A stretch of 64,000 nt of DNA, from positions 36,580,001-36,644,000 of the forward strand of contig CM059428.1 in the NCBI GenBank assembly GCA_030390025.1, given 5' to 3'. Positions 33,791 to 47,950 of the stretch are shown one piece after another. The number at the start of each line of letters is the position of its first letter. Position 1 is the stretch's first letter. The translations under genes were made by a program, and so were the position numbers. The notes beneath the pieces are model-generated. The model did not search any database, had not been told where the DNA came from, and saw only the letters and a list, made by a program, of their open reading frames with translations. The stretch is from Squalus acanthias (Eukaryota).

Positions 33791-34916
33791 TGATAGGTTA
33801 GATCACTGTCCTGCTTTGCTGATACCAACACATACGACTGATTTTGTGAATATGCTTTCCCAGTGTGGAAATCTTGCCCAACCTCACTTATTGGAGTTGC
33901 TGCTGATGCATGTTTCTCTACCAATTCAAGAGCACAGCTATGCTTTTTTCCATTTCGTTAGCTTTGAATTTGCATCATTCAGTTTTTTCTTCCTCTTGGT
34001 CCTCCTTTATCTGACTGCAGCTGCCTACACAGCACAAACCCTTTGTAGAGTCAACTGATACTTCTTATAGTTCGTTTAGTCACCTGGCCCCATGCTGGGC
34101 CTCCCCCAACCAGTTTCTGTCGTCAGTTTACTGAACTGTCCGAAATTCACACCTCGTCAATCTGTAATTCAATCAACGGAGGTGTACAGAGTTGTGAGAT
34201 CGAAGATAACTCCTTATCTCCTCTCCCGCTTTCTGTAATGCATATTCAATGTGATTTCTATTACTGTTGATGGGCGGTTGGCTGATTGTCTGCTCGGGAC
34301 TTGTGTATCTTCCATTCATGTCAGGAAGTCGATCGTGACCCCCCATTGTTTCAGTTAAACTCAGAGCATTGTCCAGATGTTAATTTTTCCCATCGAAACC
34401 AATCATGATTCAAGGCCTCACAGTTCAATGTCAATGTCCTTTTCAGAGTTAATCATGAGTCAAAGCTTTCATTGTCCAGTATCAATGTGTTCTCCAAGAA
34501 CTGCAGACTTTGATGACTGGCACCTTTCCTGTGCCTTGAAGTTTAACCGTTTCATGCCCTTACCACTGGGCCAAACAGGCTTTCAGCATTTTGCTATTGT
34601 ACTGGGTTTTTTTTTAAATCTACACTCTTGTGTTTCCTCTTCTGTTGCTCTTCATCCTGCTTCCAATGCTCTTTCTTAGCCTCCGATCTCAACACTTCTA
34701 ACAGAAAGGTTTTTTCTTTGCCACTCTCCTTGGCCTCATGCTGGTGCCATCTCTGCGCTGTCAGACTAACTCAATTGGTGTGGCATTAATCATTCCCATA
34801 TGTGTTCTGAGCATCTTACCTTTATTGGAGTTGATTCACATTGCCATATATGTGCTTGCAAAATAGGTGGTTTAACAATAGTACTCCCTTTTGACTGGAA
34901 CCATATATTTGTGTCT

Positions 34917-37900
34917 TTAAACTAAATAAGGGGGGGGAGGGTCCCTGGTGGAGAGAAATCTAGAATGCTAAAAAGAAAAGACAAGGAAGCAGTGCAGGAA
35001 AGTGATTGGGGTAAGGATTACCAGATTGTGTCAGGAAGGGACAGAGCGTACAAACAAAGGAGTGCACTAACAAATAGGGTCCGGGTAAGAAAAAATGGCA
35101 ATAAGACAAATAGGGCCATAGTACAAAAAAATGTTAAGATGTCTAAAAATGTTAAAAAGACAAATCTAAAGGCACTGTATCTGAATGCATGAAGCATTCA
35201 TAATAAGGTAGGCAAATTAACAGCACAAATAGATGTAAACGGATATGATATAATTGCGATTACAGAGACATGGCTGCAGGGTGACCAAGGCTGGGAGCTG
35301 AATATCCAAGGATATTCGATATTTAGGAAGGACAGGCAAAAAGGAAAAGGAGGTGGGGTGGCCTTGTTAGTAAAGGATGAAATCAGAGCAATAGTGAGAA
35401 AGGATATTGGCTCAGAAAATCAAGATGTAGAATCAGTCTGGGTGGAGCTAAGAAGCACTGGTGGGAGTTGTCTATAGGCCTCCAAACAGTAGTGGTAATG
35501 TAGGGGACTGCATTAAACAGGAAATTAGAGATGAATGTAACAAGAGTACTACAGTAATCATGGGTGACTGTAATCTACATATAGACTGGCCAAACCAAAT
35601 TAGCAATAATACTGTGGAGGATGAATTCCTGGAGTGTGTACGAGATGGTTTTTTAGACCAGTACATTGAGGAGCCAACTAGGGAACAGGCTATCCTAGAT
35701 TGGGTATTGTGCAATGAGAAGGGGTTAATTAATGATCTTGTTCTGCGGGGTCCTTTAGGAAAGAGTGACCATAACATGATAGAATTTTTCATTAAGATGG
35801 AAAGTGAAGAAGTCCAAGCCGAAACTAGGGTCCTAAATCTGAACAAAGGAAAGTGCGATGGTATGAGGAGTGAGTTGGCTATGATAGATTGGGGAGCTTC
35901 ATTAAAAGGCATGACGGTGGATAGGCAATGGCTAACACTTAAGGAACGAATGCATGAATTGCAACAGTTATACATTCCTTTCTGGCGCAAAAACACAAAA
36001 GGAAAAGCGGCCCAACCATGGCTAACAAAAGAAATTAAGGATATTATTAGATCCAAAGAGGAGTCATATAAAGTTGCCAGAAAAAGTAGCAAGCCTGAGG
36101 ATTGGGAGCAGTTTAGAGTTCAGCAAAAAAGGACCAAGAGATTGATTAAGAGGGGAAAAATAGAGTATGAGAGAAAACTTGCAAGGAACATAAAAGTGGA
36201 TTGTAAAAGCTTCTACAAGTATGTAATAAGAAAAAGATTAGTGAAGACAAATGTACGTCCCTTACAGTCAGAAACAGGAGAATTTATAATGGGGAACAAG
36301 GAAATGGCAGAGCAATTAAACAAATACTTTGGTTCTGTCTTCATGGAAGAGGACACAAATAACTTCCCAGAAATGCTTGGGAACCAAGGGGGAAAAATTC
36401 AGTTGGTTGCGCCTCCCGTTAGCGAAATTAACTAGACATTTTGCGGCGGCGCTAAACACTACCGCCATGATCTCCTGCGCCGGCAGATCGTGATGTCAGT
36501 CGAGTGCACAACGCTCCGGTATTGCCCCGGAGCGGATATTGAGTGGCGCCCCCCGCCTTACCGCCTGACGCTAGCAACGACAGGTTGAGGGGAGCGTTCT
36601 GCAGTCATGAAGGGAAAGGGGGAGCGCTATTTAAAGGTGATCGCTTCCTGCCTTTTATTGTTGGTGCCATTTTTGAACTACGCATTCTGAGCGAGAGAGA
36701 GAGAGACTTCTGGAGAGATTCAACGTTGTGTGAAGGAGTTTTGGGTACTGAGCAGCACTTTGCAGGTTCATTTTGATTTGCCCTTCCTTGTATCGATTTA
36801 GAAGAGACTGTGGGGGCTGCACTCTGAGCTCTTTGCCTGGTACTCTCCATTGTTCTTTCCAGCAGATTTGATGTGCAGGTCTCTCCAGGCTGAGATTCAA
36901 GGCTGCAATGAGCAGGATGTGGATGGAAAGCAAGATTAACCATCCCCTTTAAGAACTGGCCCGTGCCATTGTGTGTGTGTTCCATTGCTGACTGACATTA
37001 CATGAGCTTCGCCAGCGCTCTGAGGTAGCGCCTCGCTCCTCGGCCTTTGCGCCTTAAGACAGGTGTGAAGCGCCTGATTTAGCGCTCCAATCACCTCCAG
37101 GGGCGATAAAAGTCAAGTTTGCAGTCGGTGGCGATAATTAGCGCCAGGTGCTAATCTTTGCGCCCGGCCGATAATTGCGCCCCAAATGGGGCGATACTGA
37201 ATTTCTCCCCCCAAGGGTCTAGTGAGAAGGAGGAATTAAAGGAAATTTGTAAAAAAATAGTGCTGGAGAAATTAATGGCAGTGAAAGCTGATAAATCCCC
37301 AGGGCCTCATAATCTGCAACCCAGAATACTAAAAGAGGTAGCCATGGAAATAGTGGATGCATTGGTTGTCATCTTCCAAAATTCGATAGATTATGGAACA
37401 GTTCCTGCAGATTGGAGGGTGGCAAATGTTACCCCACTATTTAAAAAAGGAGTGAGAGAGAAAACAGGGAACTACAGTCCGGTTAGCCTAACATCAGTAG
37501 TAGGGAAAATGCTAGAGTCTTATAAAGGATGTGATAACAGGACACTTGGAAAATATCAACGGGATTAGACAAAGTCAACATGGATTTATCGTGTTTGACA
37601 AACCTACTGGAGTTTTTTGAGGATGTAACTGGTAGAATAGATAAGGGAGTACCAGTGGATGTGGTGTATTTGGATTTTCAGAAGACCTTTGATAAAGTCC
37701 CACATAAGAGGATAGTGTGCAAAATTAAAGCACATGGGATTGGGGGTAATATGCTGGCATGGATTGAAAATTGGTTAACAGACAGGAAACAGAGAGTAGG
37801 AATAAATAGGTCTTTTTCGGGGTGGCAGGCAGTGATTAGTGGGGTACCGCAGGGATCAGTGCTTGGGCCCCAGCTATTCACAATATATATCAATGAATTG

Positions 37901-38880
37901 GTTGAGGGAACCAAATGTAATATTTCCAAGTTTGCTGATGACACGAAACTTGGTGGGACTGTGAGTTGTGAGGAGGATGCAAAGAGGCTTCAAGGCAATT
38001 TAGACAAGTTGAGTGAGTGGGCAAATACATGGCAGATGCAGTATAACGTGGATAACTGTGAAGTTATCCACTTTGGTAGGAAAAACAGAAAGGTAGAGTA
38101 TTATTTAAATGGTGATAGATTGGGAAATGCTGATGTACAAAGGGACCGGGGTGTCCTTGTACACCAGTCACTGAAAGCAAACATGCAGGTGCAGCAAGCA
38201 GTTAGGAAGGCAAATGGTATGTTGGCCTTCATTGCAAGAGGATTTGAGTACAGGAGCAAGGATGTCTTACTACAGTTGTACAGGGCTTTGGTGAGACCAC
38301 ACCTGGAGTACTGTGTGCAGTTTTGGTCTCCTTACCTAAGAAAGGATATACTTGCCATTGAGGGAGTGCAGCGAAGGTTCACCAGACTGATTCCTGGGAT
38401 GGCAGGACTGTCGTATGAGAGATTGGGTCGACTAGGCCTGTATTCACTAGAGTTTAGAAGAATGAGAGGGGATCTCATTGAAACGTATAAAATTCTGACA
38501 GGGCTAGACAGACTGGATGCAGGGAGGCTGTTTCCCCTGGCTGGGGGGTCTAGAACGAGGGGTCACAGTCTCAGGATACAGGGTCGGACATTTAGGACTG
38601 AGATGAGGAGAAATTTCTTCACTCAGAGGGTGGTGAACCTGTGGAATTCTCTACCACAGAAGGCTGTGGAGGCCAAGTCACTGAATATATTTAAGAACGA
38701 GATAGATAGATTTCTGGACACAAAAGGCATCAAGGGGTATGGGGAGAGAGCGGGAATATGGTATTGAGATCGAGGATCAGCCATGATCATATTGAATGGC
38801 GGAGCAGGTTCGAAGGGCTCCTATTCCTATTTTCCTATGTTCTCCTGCTCCTATTTTCCTATGTTCTATATTTCTATGCA
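34917..38880 (+). mobile_element. CR1 LINE with nearly full ORF2 (APE endonuclease plus RT), pseudogenised and interrupted by a Harbinger MITE
   Basis: LYLNA*SI, ITETWL, GVVYRPP, GDCN, SDHN, YLDFQKTFDKV, GVPQGSVLGP, KFADD; (TTCCTATG)-type tail; stop at 35190 and frameshifts. Confidence 0.95.
36388..37211 (+). mobile_element. Internally deleted derivative (MITE) of the 6094-10178 Harbinger
   Basis: Same TIRs, CAA TSD; 5' part matches 6094-6610, 3' part nearly identical to 9850-10178; excision restores CR1 GGGAACCAAGGGTCT. Confidence 0.93.
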
Positions 38881-39727
38881 TGTGTATTTCTTTAATCTCT
38901 TCAAAGGTGGATTGAGTGAACTGTTGGTAAGGTGAGGCTGGATGTGAATTATTAAACTGCTTTATTTCAAAGCAAGTGAACATACAGAGCAACAGTTATG
39001 TTTAGATTCACTTCATTTAAATTGGTACAGCTTGTTGTTGCATAATAATATAAAAATAACAAACATGCTATGCTCCCCCACGTCAGTGGGTCCTCTTGTT
39101 TGGTTTCTAATTATCCTCCAGAATTTCTAACCATTTGCCTCAGAAAAATCCCTTAAAGATTTTTCTGTAATTAAACTACCTGTGCAGCATCCTGTTTCAA
39201 AAAGTTTTCTTCCTGTGTCTTTCTCTGTTTTTTTTTATTCTCTTACTGTTCACAGCTAGAAAATGCGATCTTTTTTACAATATAATGGATGTGAGGTGTT
39301 TATCAATTGCCAAAACAAGCTAATTAATTGCTTATTATTTACAGTCTTTGAGGAAACAACATCAAAGCGAGCTCATTAGCATATAAGCTACTTACCATAT
39401 CAGTGCCTTTTTAACTTGCATAAAAAAACACTTAAAGTAGCACTTTGTTCAAATAATTTTTGTGGAAAAATTATCAAAAGATCTCAAACTGTGACAGCAA
39501 TATTTCTTCTTTCAATTCTTTTGTATAGTGTGAACAAAGTCCTAGAATTTTGCAGCACCTTAAAAACAATTTCTGGGGCAAACTGAAGAAAATCCTACAG
39601 CAAGAAAACGTGGATTCCGTGGTCGACCTATTCAGCTTCTGCTGCACATTACGAAGTGGTCAGCAGATGATTTCATCACAAGAAAAGTGCAACAGATGCA
39701 AATATGAGAGCAAGAAACACTACACTT

Positions 39728-40457
39728 GGCCCATAATTTGCGGTCAGCAGCGAAGCGAAGGCGCTCCCCGCTAACCTCGAAAAAAGCTGCCCACAGGCTC
39801 TGTGGCAAAAACATTAAGTTTCTCGACATGTAATTGACTGTCGCGCTGTCAATAGGGGATTCCTAGTATGATGCAGCCGTGACATCACCAAGCTGTCTAA
39901 GTAGCAAATCACGTTGAAGAATTCTCACAGACAGCAAACCAGGAAATGAAAAGCAATGATTATCTGCACTTTTTAAAAATGTTACAGATAGTGAAATAAA
40001 GATTGGGACATACACATGGGTTTAAGGTAGTAGTTGAAATCAACGAACAAACTTAAAAAAAATCTTTTTAAAATTCATAATGAAGAAATTTGACATTCCA
40101 CAAATATAAAAATTAGATTTTCAGGGCCAGAACAGTTGTTTAGCGTTCAATACGCTGTTAAAAACCCAGTTACACCTATTCCAACAAGGCTTAACTTTAA
40201 TGGGGTATTTAACAGTGACATTAGCACAGAAAAGCTCACGTTTTCTTCAGTTCCACTGATTACAATGATTGGCGGCTGTGGGGGGAGGGGGGTCCACAGC
40301 GCAGCCAGTGTCGGAGCAGTGAATGACTCACCGCAACTTCAAGATTTCCACATTTAGATGCACATGCGCTAAATCCTGAAGTTACGGCCAATTTCAGAGG
40401 GGTAATGATGGCGAACGCTGACAGTTTGCCATCATTACCCACCGCAAAATCCGGGCT
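39728..40457. mobile_element. PIF/Harbinger-like MITE
   Basis: Imperfect TIR GGCCCATAATTTGCGGT / ACCGCAAAATCCGGGCT; TSD not clean. Confidence 0.6.
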
Positions 40458-40493
40458 CACAAGTTTAGAGAGAGACAAAAACAAACTACTTCA

Positions 40494-40697
40494 GATGCTA
40501 GAAATCTGAAATAAAAACAGAAAATGCTGGAAACACTCAGCAGGTCAGGCAGCATCTGTGAAGAGAGAAACAGAGTTAACGTTCCAAGTTGATGACCTTG
40601 TTCTAATGAAAAGTCATCGACCTGAAATGCTAACTCTGTTTCTGTCTCCACAGATGCTGTCTGACCTGCTGAGTGTTCCCAGCATTTTCTGTTTATA
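40494..40697. repeat. Foldback (inverted) pair of Penelope-like terminal-repeat fragments
   Basis: AAACAGAAAATGCTGGAAACACTCAGCAGGTCAGGCAGCATCTGTG pairs with CACAGATGCTGTCTGACCTGCTGAGTGTTCCCAGCATTTTCTGTTT; related fragments at 1325-1390, 21200-21260, 25155-25196, 48320-48500. Confidence 0.75.
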
Positions 40698-41174
40698 GAG
40701 AGACACTTGCATTACAAACACGCCCTGGCTGTGAGCAGTGACCATGGATCAGGTACCGCGTGATGGAATGTGACAAATTCCATGTATCATCTGCAATTAG
40801 TGCTAGGGAACCAACAAGAGCGCCAGCACATAAATCCAGTCATTGGTCAGTTAAACCAACATCAAAGTGATACTCCATTATATCCATGCATCGGTCCTCA
40901 GTGAGGGGCTTGTCTCTAATGACAGTATACTTTCTAGTTCCTAGCAGCATCCCATCTTGTTGTGTTGGCCGTGTCGTTCAGATGACAGACATCAGGGTTA
41001 CAGAAGCAGATGTTCTACTGAGAAATGAAAAGCAGCAAGTGTCACTGTGGTACAGAGATGTGTTGGAAAAATAATTTGCACTCATAACTCCAGTTTGTTT
41101 CTATTTGTGTCGATAGTTTTCACCCAAGAAAGATTACAGTCTACTCCTGGTAATTGCACTAAAAAATTGATTTA

Positions 41175-41585
41175 TCCTAGACTAGTCTAGTAATCCAGAG
41201 GCCTGGACTAATAATCCAGAGAACATGAGTTCAAATCCCACCATGGCAGTTTGAGAATTTGAATTCAGTTTAAAAAAATCTAGAAACAAAAAAGTGGTAT
41301 CAGTAAACGTGACCTGTTGGATTGTCGTAATAACACAACTGGTTCACTAATATCCTTTAGGGAAGGAAATTTGCTGTCCTTATGGGATCTGGCCTATATG
41401 TGACTCCAGTCCCACACCAGTGTAGATGGCTCTTACCTGCCCTGTGAAGTGGCCTAGCAAGCCACTGCGTTGTATCAAACTGCTAGCGGTTCAAGAGGAA
41501 GGCCCACTACCACTTTTTCAGGGCAACTGGGGATGGACAATAAATGCCAGCCTTGCCAGAGACGCCCCCATCCTGATAATTACTT
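41175..41585 (+). mobile_element. tRNA-like SINE with GGACAATAAATGCC tail
   Basis: B-box-like GAGTTCAAATCCC; homologous to 17960-18248. Confidence 0.65.
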
Positions 41586-42332
41586 TAAAACATTGAATTA
41601 AATAATGCAGCAAATTGGGAATTTGGTGAAAAAGTTTGAATGATCAGATAATTTGTAAACATACAAACGAAGATACAAAAATGACAACGTGAAAAAGATC
41701 AGCTGGTCCATCGAGTCTGTCCCCGACAGTCATGTCACAATTGAGCATCATGACTCCCAACGCTCCCACCTATCAGCAGCCATGTAGTCGCCTGAGAAAG
41801 TAAAAAAAAAAGGGGAAAAAATCTTATGCCAATTCAGGGAAAAAGAATTTTAGAAAATTTGAATGAAATGACTTGCAATTAAGGATTAAGCTGTACTCTG
41901 GAACAGTTGGTGAAATTACTTTTCTTTGATGCAATACAGTACTGTTTCATCATCTGTATTGCCCTCACAGTTACTGTTTTATTCAGACGTAAGCAATTAA
42001 TCATTCCATCTGGCCTTAAGCAGCAGTTAAGAATAGTTGTGCAGATCACAAGGTTTCGCGAGGTAGGAATCTCTTCCTGTGAAGAAGTTCCAAAAAATGA
42101 TTGATTCGGAAAACTCGTTAAATTGTGAATCTTTCTAGTTATCTCTGACTGCATATGCACATTCATCCCAGACATTTGCTTTGAAGAAACTTGCCAACAG
42201 AAATCCAAATCAAAAATGCTCAAACTGAATGCGCTTAGAAGTGTTTACTGGGGCATTTTGAGTGGAATTTTATTGCTGCTGGAACAGTTAGACCTTTTGC
42301 AGCACAGTGGGGTTGTAATGAACTCCTCAACA

Positions 42333-42663
42333 CAGGGGAGTCCAAACCTTTTGCCTTTGTGGGCCATCTTGATGAGTACTATGGAGCCCCGAGGACCACA
42401 TTTACACTTTCATTCCCATTAATTTGTACGAATCTCAAATTGCTGATACAAACAAAATCGTGGTGATTTAGGACGTATCGACCATTGAGAAAACAGAGGT
42501 TCGAAACAGCCTTTTCCAAACCTCCAGGCACACAAAATTTCAAACAGGATAAATCAGTCAGTAGCATAAGCAGAAGTAGGTCGGAGTTACCTGGGCTTTT
42601 GAGGCCAGACGGCTAGGGCTTGGGTGTCGCATGTGGCTCACGGCCCACAGTTTGGACACCCAC
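42333..42663. mobile_element. hAT-Charlie-like MITE
   Basis: TIR CAGGGGAGTCCAAAC / GTTTGGACACCC. Confidence 0.6.
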
Positions 42664-42867
42664 AATTCCTTCTGCACACCCATTGGATGACAGTGGACCA
42701 AGTGAGATCAAGGTGGCTTTCACATTCAAGCTCCTGGTACTTTTTTGCCCAAGTTCCTCCTCTTACTGTCCTGATGGTATTGATTCTTGCTAGGCCATGG
42801 ACCCGGAGCCGCAAGCCACCCTTTAGCACCTCGCCCAAAGGGCCATTCTTCATGGATGAGCCGAGAT

Positions 42868-44733
42868 AACCTCCGACCTCACTTCGCTACTACAAACCGT
42901 CTTCTTAAACCCCTCTCCTCTGCCCCCTCCACCCTCACCTCCAACCACAAGTGAGAGGAGCTCATAGATTTCTTCGTCACTAAGATTGAGACCATCCGTT
43001 CAGCTGCCTCTGCTGCCTTTCCCCCTACTCCAGCCCACCGGGCCAAACTTCCTCTAAGGTTCCCCCCTGCCCTAGCCCTGAACTCACAACTTTCTCTACT
43101 TTCTCTCCTATCTCTCCTCATGCCCTCTCCGAGCTCATCTTGTCCATGAGACCCACTTCCTGCTTCCTCGAACATAGTCCCACCAAACTGCTGACCACCC
43201 AACTTCGCTTCCTGGCCCCATTTTAGCTAATATTGTAAACGGTTCCCTCTCCTCAGGTACTGTCTCCTCTCCTTCAAATCTGCTGCCATCACCACCTGCC
43301 TCAAAAATCCACCCTTAATCCCTCTGTCCTTGCAAACTACCACCCGATCTCCAACCTCCTTTTCCTCTCCAAAGTCCTTGAATGTGTTGTCGCTTCCCAA
43401 ATCCGTGCCCATCTTTCTCACACCTTCATGTTTGAAAACTTCCAATCAGGTCTCCGCCCCTGCCACAGCACTGAAACAGCCCTATCAAAGTCACAAATGA
43501 CATCCTATGTGACTGTGACCATGGTAAACTATCCCTCTCCTCCTTCTCGGCCTGTCTGTACCCTTTGACACGGTTGACCACACTATCCTTCTCCAACGCC
43601 ACTCCTCCATTATCCAGCTGGGTGGGACTGCCCTCACCTGGTTCCATTCGTATCTATCCAGTCACAGCCAGAGTCACCTTCAATGGCTTCTCTTTCCACT
43701 CCTGCACCGTTACCTCTGGAGTACCCCAAGGATCTATCCTTGGCCCCCTCCTATTTCTCATCTACATGCTGCCCCTCAGCGACATCATCACAGCATCAGG
43801 TTCCACTTTTCTGCTGACGATACCCAGCTCTACCTTACCACCAACTCTCTCGACCCCTCCATTTTCATTGCTTTGTCATGCTGCTTGTCCAACATCAAGT
43901 ACTGGATGAGCAGAAACTTCCTCCAATTAAGTATTGGGAAGACTGAAGCCATTGTCTTCGGTCCCTGCCACAAACTCCGTTCCCTAGCCATCGACTCCAT
44001 CCGTCTCCCTGGCCACTGTCTGAGGCTGAACGAGACTGTTCACAATCTCGGTGTCCTAGTTGACCCTGAGCTGAGCTTCAACCCATGACCTCTCTGTCAC
44101 CATTACCGCCTACTTGAACCTCTGTACCATCGCCCATCTCCATCCCGCCTCAGCTCATCTGCTGCTGAAACCCTCATCCATGCCTTTGTTACCTCTAGAC
44201 TCGACTATTTGAATGCTCTCCTGGCCAGGCTCCCATCTTCCACCCTACGTAAACTTAAGCTCATCCAAAACTCTGCTGCCCATATCTTAACTCGCACCAA
44301 GTCCCATTCACCCATCACCCCAGACCTACATCGACGCGCCGACCTACATTTGCTCCCAGTCTGGCAACGCCTTGATTTTAAAATTCCCATCCTTGTTTTC
44401 AAATCCCTAAATGGCCTCGTTCCTCCCTATCTCTGTAATCTCCTCCAGCCCTACAACCCTCAGAGATCCCTGCGCTCCTCCAATTCTGGCCTCTTGCGCA
44501 TCCCCGATTTTCTTCGCTCCACCATTGGCGACCATGCCTTCAACTGCCTAGGCCCAAAGCTCTGGAATTCCCTCTCTCTCCTCCATAAAACCTACCTCTT
44601 TGACCAAGCTTTGGTCACTTGTCCTAATATCTCCTCATGTGGCTCGGTGTCAAATTTTATTTGATAATCACTTCTGTGAAGCGCCTTGGCATGTTTTGCT
44701 GCATTAAAGGCGCTATATAAAGGCAAGTTGTTG
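42868..44733 (+). mobile_element. L2 LINE, 5'-truncated, decayed RT ORF
   Basis: SGVPQGSILGPLLFLIYMLPL, ADDTQLY, WMSRNFLQLSIGKTE, IQNSAAHIL, KLWNSL; tail GGCGCTATATAAAGGCAAGTTGTTG. Confidence 0.92.
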
Positions 44734-44767
44734 TAGATAGTGAGTTATCAAACTATTCTTGATACAC

Positions 44768-45270
44768 TTGAGCTCATCTAAAACTCTGCTGCCTGTATCC
44801 TAACTCGCAACAAGTCCTCTTCACCGATCACCCCTGTGCGCTCTGTGGCTCCCATTCCACCCAACGCGGCAAATTAAAAATTCCCATCCTCGTGTTCAAA
44901 TCCCTCCCTGGCATCGCCTCTCCCTATCTCTGTAACCTTCTCCAGCCCTACAATCCTCCAAGAACTCTGCGTTCCTCCAACTCTGGCCTCTTGTGCATCT
45001 CCCAACTCCTTCGCCCCACCATTGGCGACCATGCCTTCAGCGCCTAGACCCTAAGTTCTGGAATTCCCTCCCTAAGTTCTCTACCTCTCCACCTCTCCTC
45101 CTTTAAGATGTTCCATAAAACCTACCTCTTTGACCAAGCTTTTGGTCACCGGTCCTAATTTCTCCTTCTTTGGCTTGGTGTCAATTTTCGTCTGACTATG
45201 CTCCTGTGAAGCGCCTTGGGTGGTTTTACTACGTCAAAGGCACTGTATCAATGCAAGTTGTTGTTGTTAT
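44768..45270 (+). mobile_element. Second L2 3' fragment
   Basis: Diverged repeat of 44258-44733 with (GTT)n tail. Confidence 0.88.
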
Positions 45271-45289
45271 TCAACCACAAAGGTTATCT

Positions 45290-46437
45290 CATTGGGTTAA
45301 TAAATGTAAACCAGCACGGATTTGTTAAAGGCAAATCGTGTTTGACTAACTTATTGAATTGTTTGATGAAGTAACAATGAGGATTGATTATGGTAGTGCG
45401 GTTGATGTTGTGTATATGAACTTTCAAAGGGCATTTGACAAAGTACCACATAACAAACCTGTTATAAAACTTAATTAAAGGGGCAGTGGCTGAAAAGATA
45501 TGAAATTGGCTAAGGGGCAGAAAGCAGAGAGTAGTGGTGAACAGTTGTTTTTCAGACTGGAGGGAAGTATACAGTGGTATCTCCCAGGGTCAGTTTTGGG
45601 ACCACTATCTTTTTGATATATATTAGTGACCTGGACTTGGGTAAACAGAACATAACTTCAAAGTTTGCAGACAACATGAAACTCAGAAATAGTAAACAGT
45701 GAGGAGAATAGTACAGACTCCAGAAGGACATAGACAGACTGGTGAAATGGACAGACACATAAGTAAAATTGAATGCAGAGAAGTGTGCATTGATTCTTTT
45801 TGGTAGGAAGAATGAGGAGCGGTAATATAAACGAAATGGTATAATTTTAAAGGGGGTGCAGGAATAGAGAGACCTGGGGGTGTATGTACACAAATCATTG
45901 AAGGTGGCAGGACAAGTTGAGAAGGCTGATAAAAAGGCATACAGGATCCTTGGATTTATAAATAGAGGCATAGAGTACAAAAACAAGGAAGTTATGCTAA
46001 ACATTTATAAAACACTGGTTAGGCCTCAGCTGGAGCACTGTGTCCAATTCTGGGCACTGCACTTTTGGAAGTGATGAAGAACTTCAGTTATGTGGAGAGA
46101 CTAGAGAAACTGGAATTGTTCTCCTTAGAGCAGGGAAGGTTGAGGGAAGATTTGATACAGGTGTTAAAAATCAAGAAGGATTTTGTTCGAGTAAATAAGG
46201 AGAAACTGTTTCCAATGGCAGAAGTGTCAGTAACCAGAGGACACAGATTGAAGGTAATTGGCAGAAGAACCAGAGGCGGCATGAGGGGAAAAAATTACGC
46301 AGCGAGTTGTTGTGATCTGGAATGCACTGCCTGAAAGGGAGGTGGAAGCAGATTCAATAGTAACTTTCAAAGGGGAATTGGATATATACTTGAAGGTGAA
46401 AAACTTGCGGCTTATGGGGGAAGAACAGGGGACTAGC
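45290..46437 (+). mobile_element. Decayed CR1 RT/3' fragment
   Basis: KSCLTNL, AYRILGFINRGIEYKNKEVMLNIYKTLVRPQLEHCVQFW. Confidence 0.88.
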
Positions 46438-46929
46438 AAGGGAATCCTGGCTGCTTAGTTTGCCTCTGTAGCCCAGTGGTGCTGAGGCCAAATTGGACAT
46501 TCAACAAGATGTGTTGTAAAGTGGGTCCGCCACTGGGATTGAAACAGCCCATCAGAAATTGTCAAAGCTATACTGTGGCCAATTATCATATAGTTCTGTT
46601 TCAACACTGGACATGTAGGGGCGTACAAACCTTTGCTTGGATATAAAACTGCATACGGAAACAAGACAGAATTTTAAATTATTTTACTGTCACATGCATC
46701 ACATGCCATGTGTGTCCTTTTGTGTTACCCCTGGTTAAAAATGAAAGCTGTGTCACTCTTACTGTTTGTTCTTTCACTAAAGCCTTGTAACCCTGTACTT
46801 AGCAATTCTAGCTGCAGTGCAGGGCAGGGGCATGCATAATTCATTTGACGTCTGAAGGGAACGAGAAGCATAGACATCGTTATTTAATCTGTAGGTGCTG
46901 ACGCCGTGCAAGGATGGGTCTGGCAGTAA

Positions 46930-47395
46930 AGAATGAAAGACTTGTATTTATATAGTGCCTTTCACGACCTCAGGATGTCCGAAAGCGCTTTAACACTCAA
47001 TTAAGTACTTTTTTAAAGTGTAGTCACTGTTGTAATGTAGTATACACGGCAGCCAATCTGTGCACAGCAAGGTCCCACAAACTGCAATGTGATAATGACC
47101 AGATAATCTGTATTAGTGATGTTCGTTGAGGGATAAATATTGGCCAGGACACAGAAGAACTCCCCTGCTCTTCTTCGAAATAGTGCCATGGGATCTTTAA
47201 CATCTTTAACACTGAGAGGGCAGACGGGGCCTCAGTTTAACATCTTATCCGAAATACAGCACCCCTGACAGTTCAGCACTCCCTTACTACGGCACTGGAG
47301 TGTCAGCCTAGATTTTGTGCTCAAGTCCCTGGAGTGGGACTTGAGCCAACAACCTTCTGACTCAGGCACGAGTGCTACCAACTGAGGCACGGCTG
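46930..47395 (-). mobile_element. Deu-domain SINE, full length
   Basis: Same family as 4855. Confidence 0.82.
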
Positions 47396-47699
47396 GCCCT
47401 GTAGGGAGGTTGGTGGCACTTGGGAATGGCGAGGAAACCCCTAGAGGTTGGGGAGAGCCAGACCTTTAGTCTGATGCTACTCCGCGCGGCACCTCAGCTG
47501 GTGAAGTCGAGGCAGCAGCAGGGTCCAGGACCTGAGAGCACTGCATTCTGGGCATCACTCTGAATTTTCCTTTGACCGGGTACAAAATGGCAGCCGGCCA
47601 AGACAGTGAATAATGAGACCTCTGCGCGAATACACTTTCTGGGCAGGCAAAGCTGTGAAAAATCAAGGAAGGATGTGCCCAAAGTCAGGGGCCTTATGG

Positions 47700-47950
47700 T
47701 ATTGTTACCAACTGTGGTTAGAAATATTCCTGGAGGTTTCATCACACAAGCTCCCGCCTCCATCCTCCCCGCCCAGTTAAACAGTCTTTTTTCCCATTCC
47801 GATATTTTTATAACTAATAAATGAAAGTGTTCAAAGAAAATAAAAAAAACACACCTTTTTTTTGCCCCTATGATGTTTCTCCCAGGGTTGCTCACAGCTG
47901 TGTCCAGGAGATTAATCTGTAATTCATGGAGACTCCAGGACAATCCTGAT
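47700..47950 (-). mobile_element. hAT-type MITE family A, partial
   Basis: Reverse-complement match to 20326-20658. Confidence 0.72.

Noticed and set aside
33800-34800. Unique-looking sequence with charged, protein-like minus-strand stretches
   Set aside because: Frequent stops and no recognisable family; cannot support a pseudogene call without a search.
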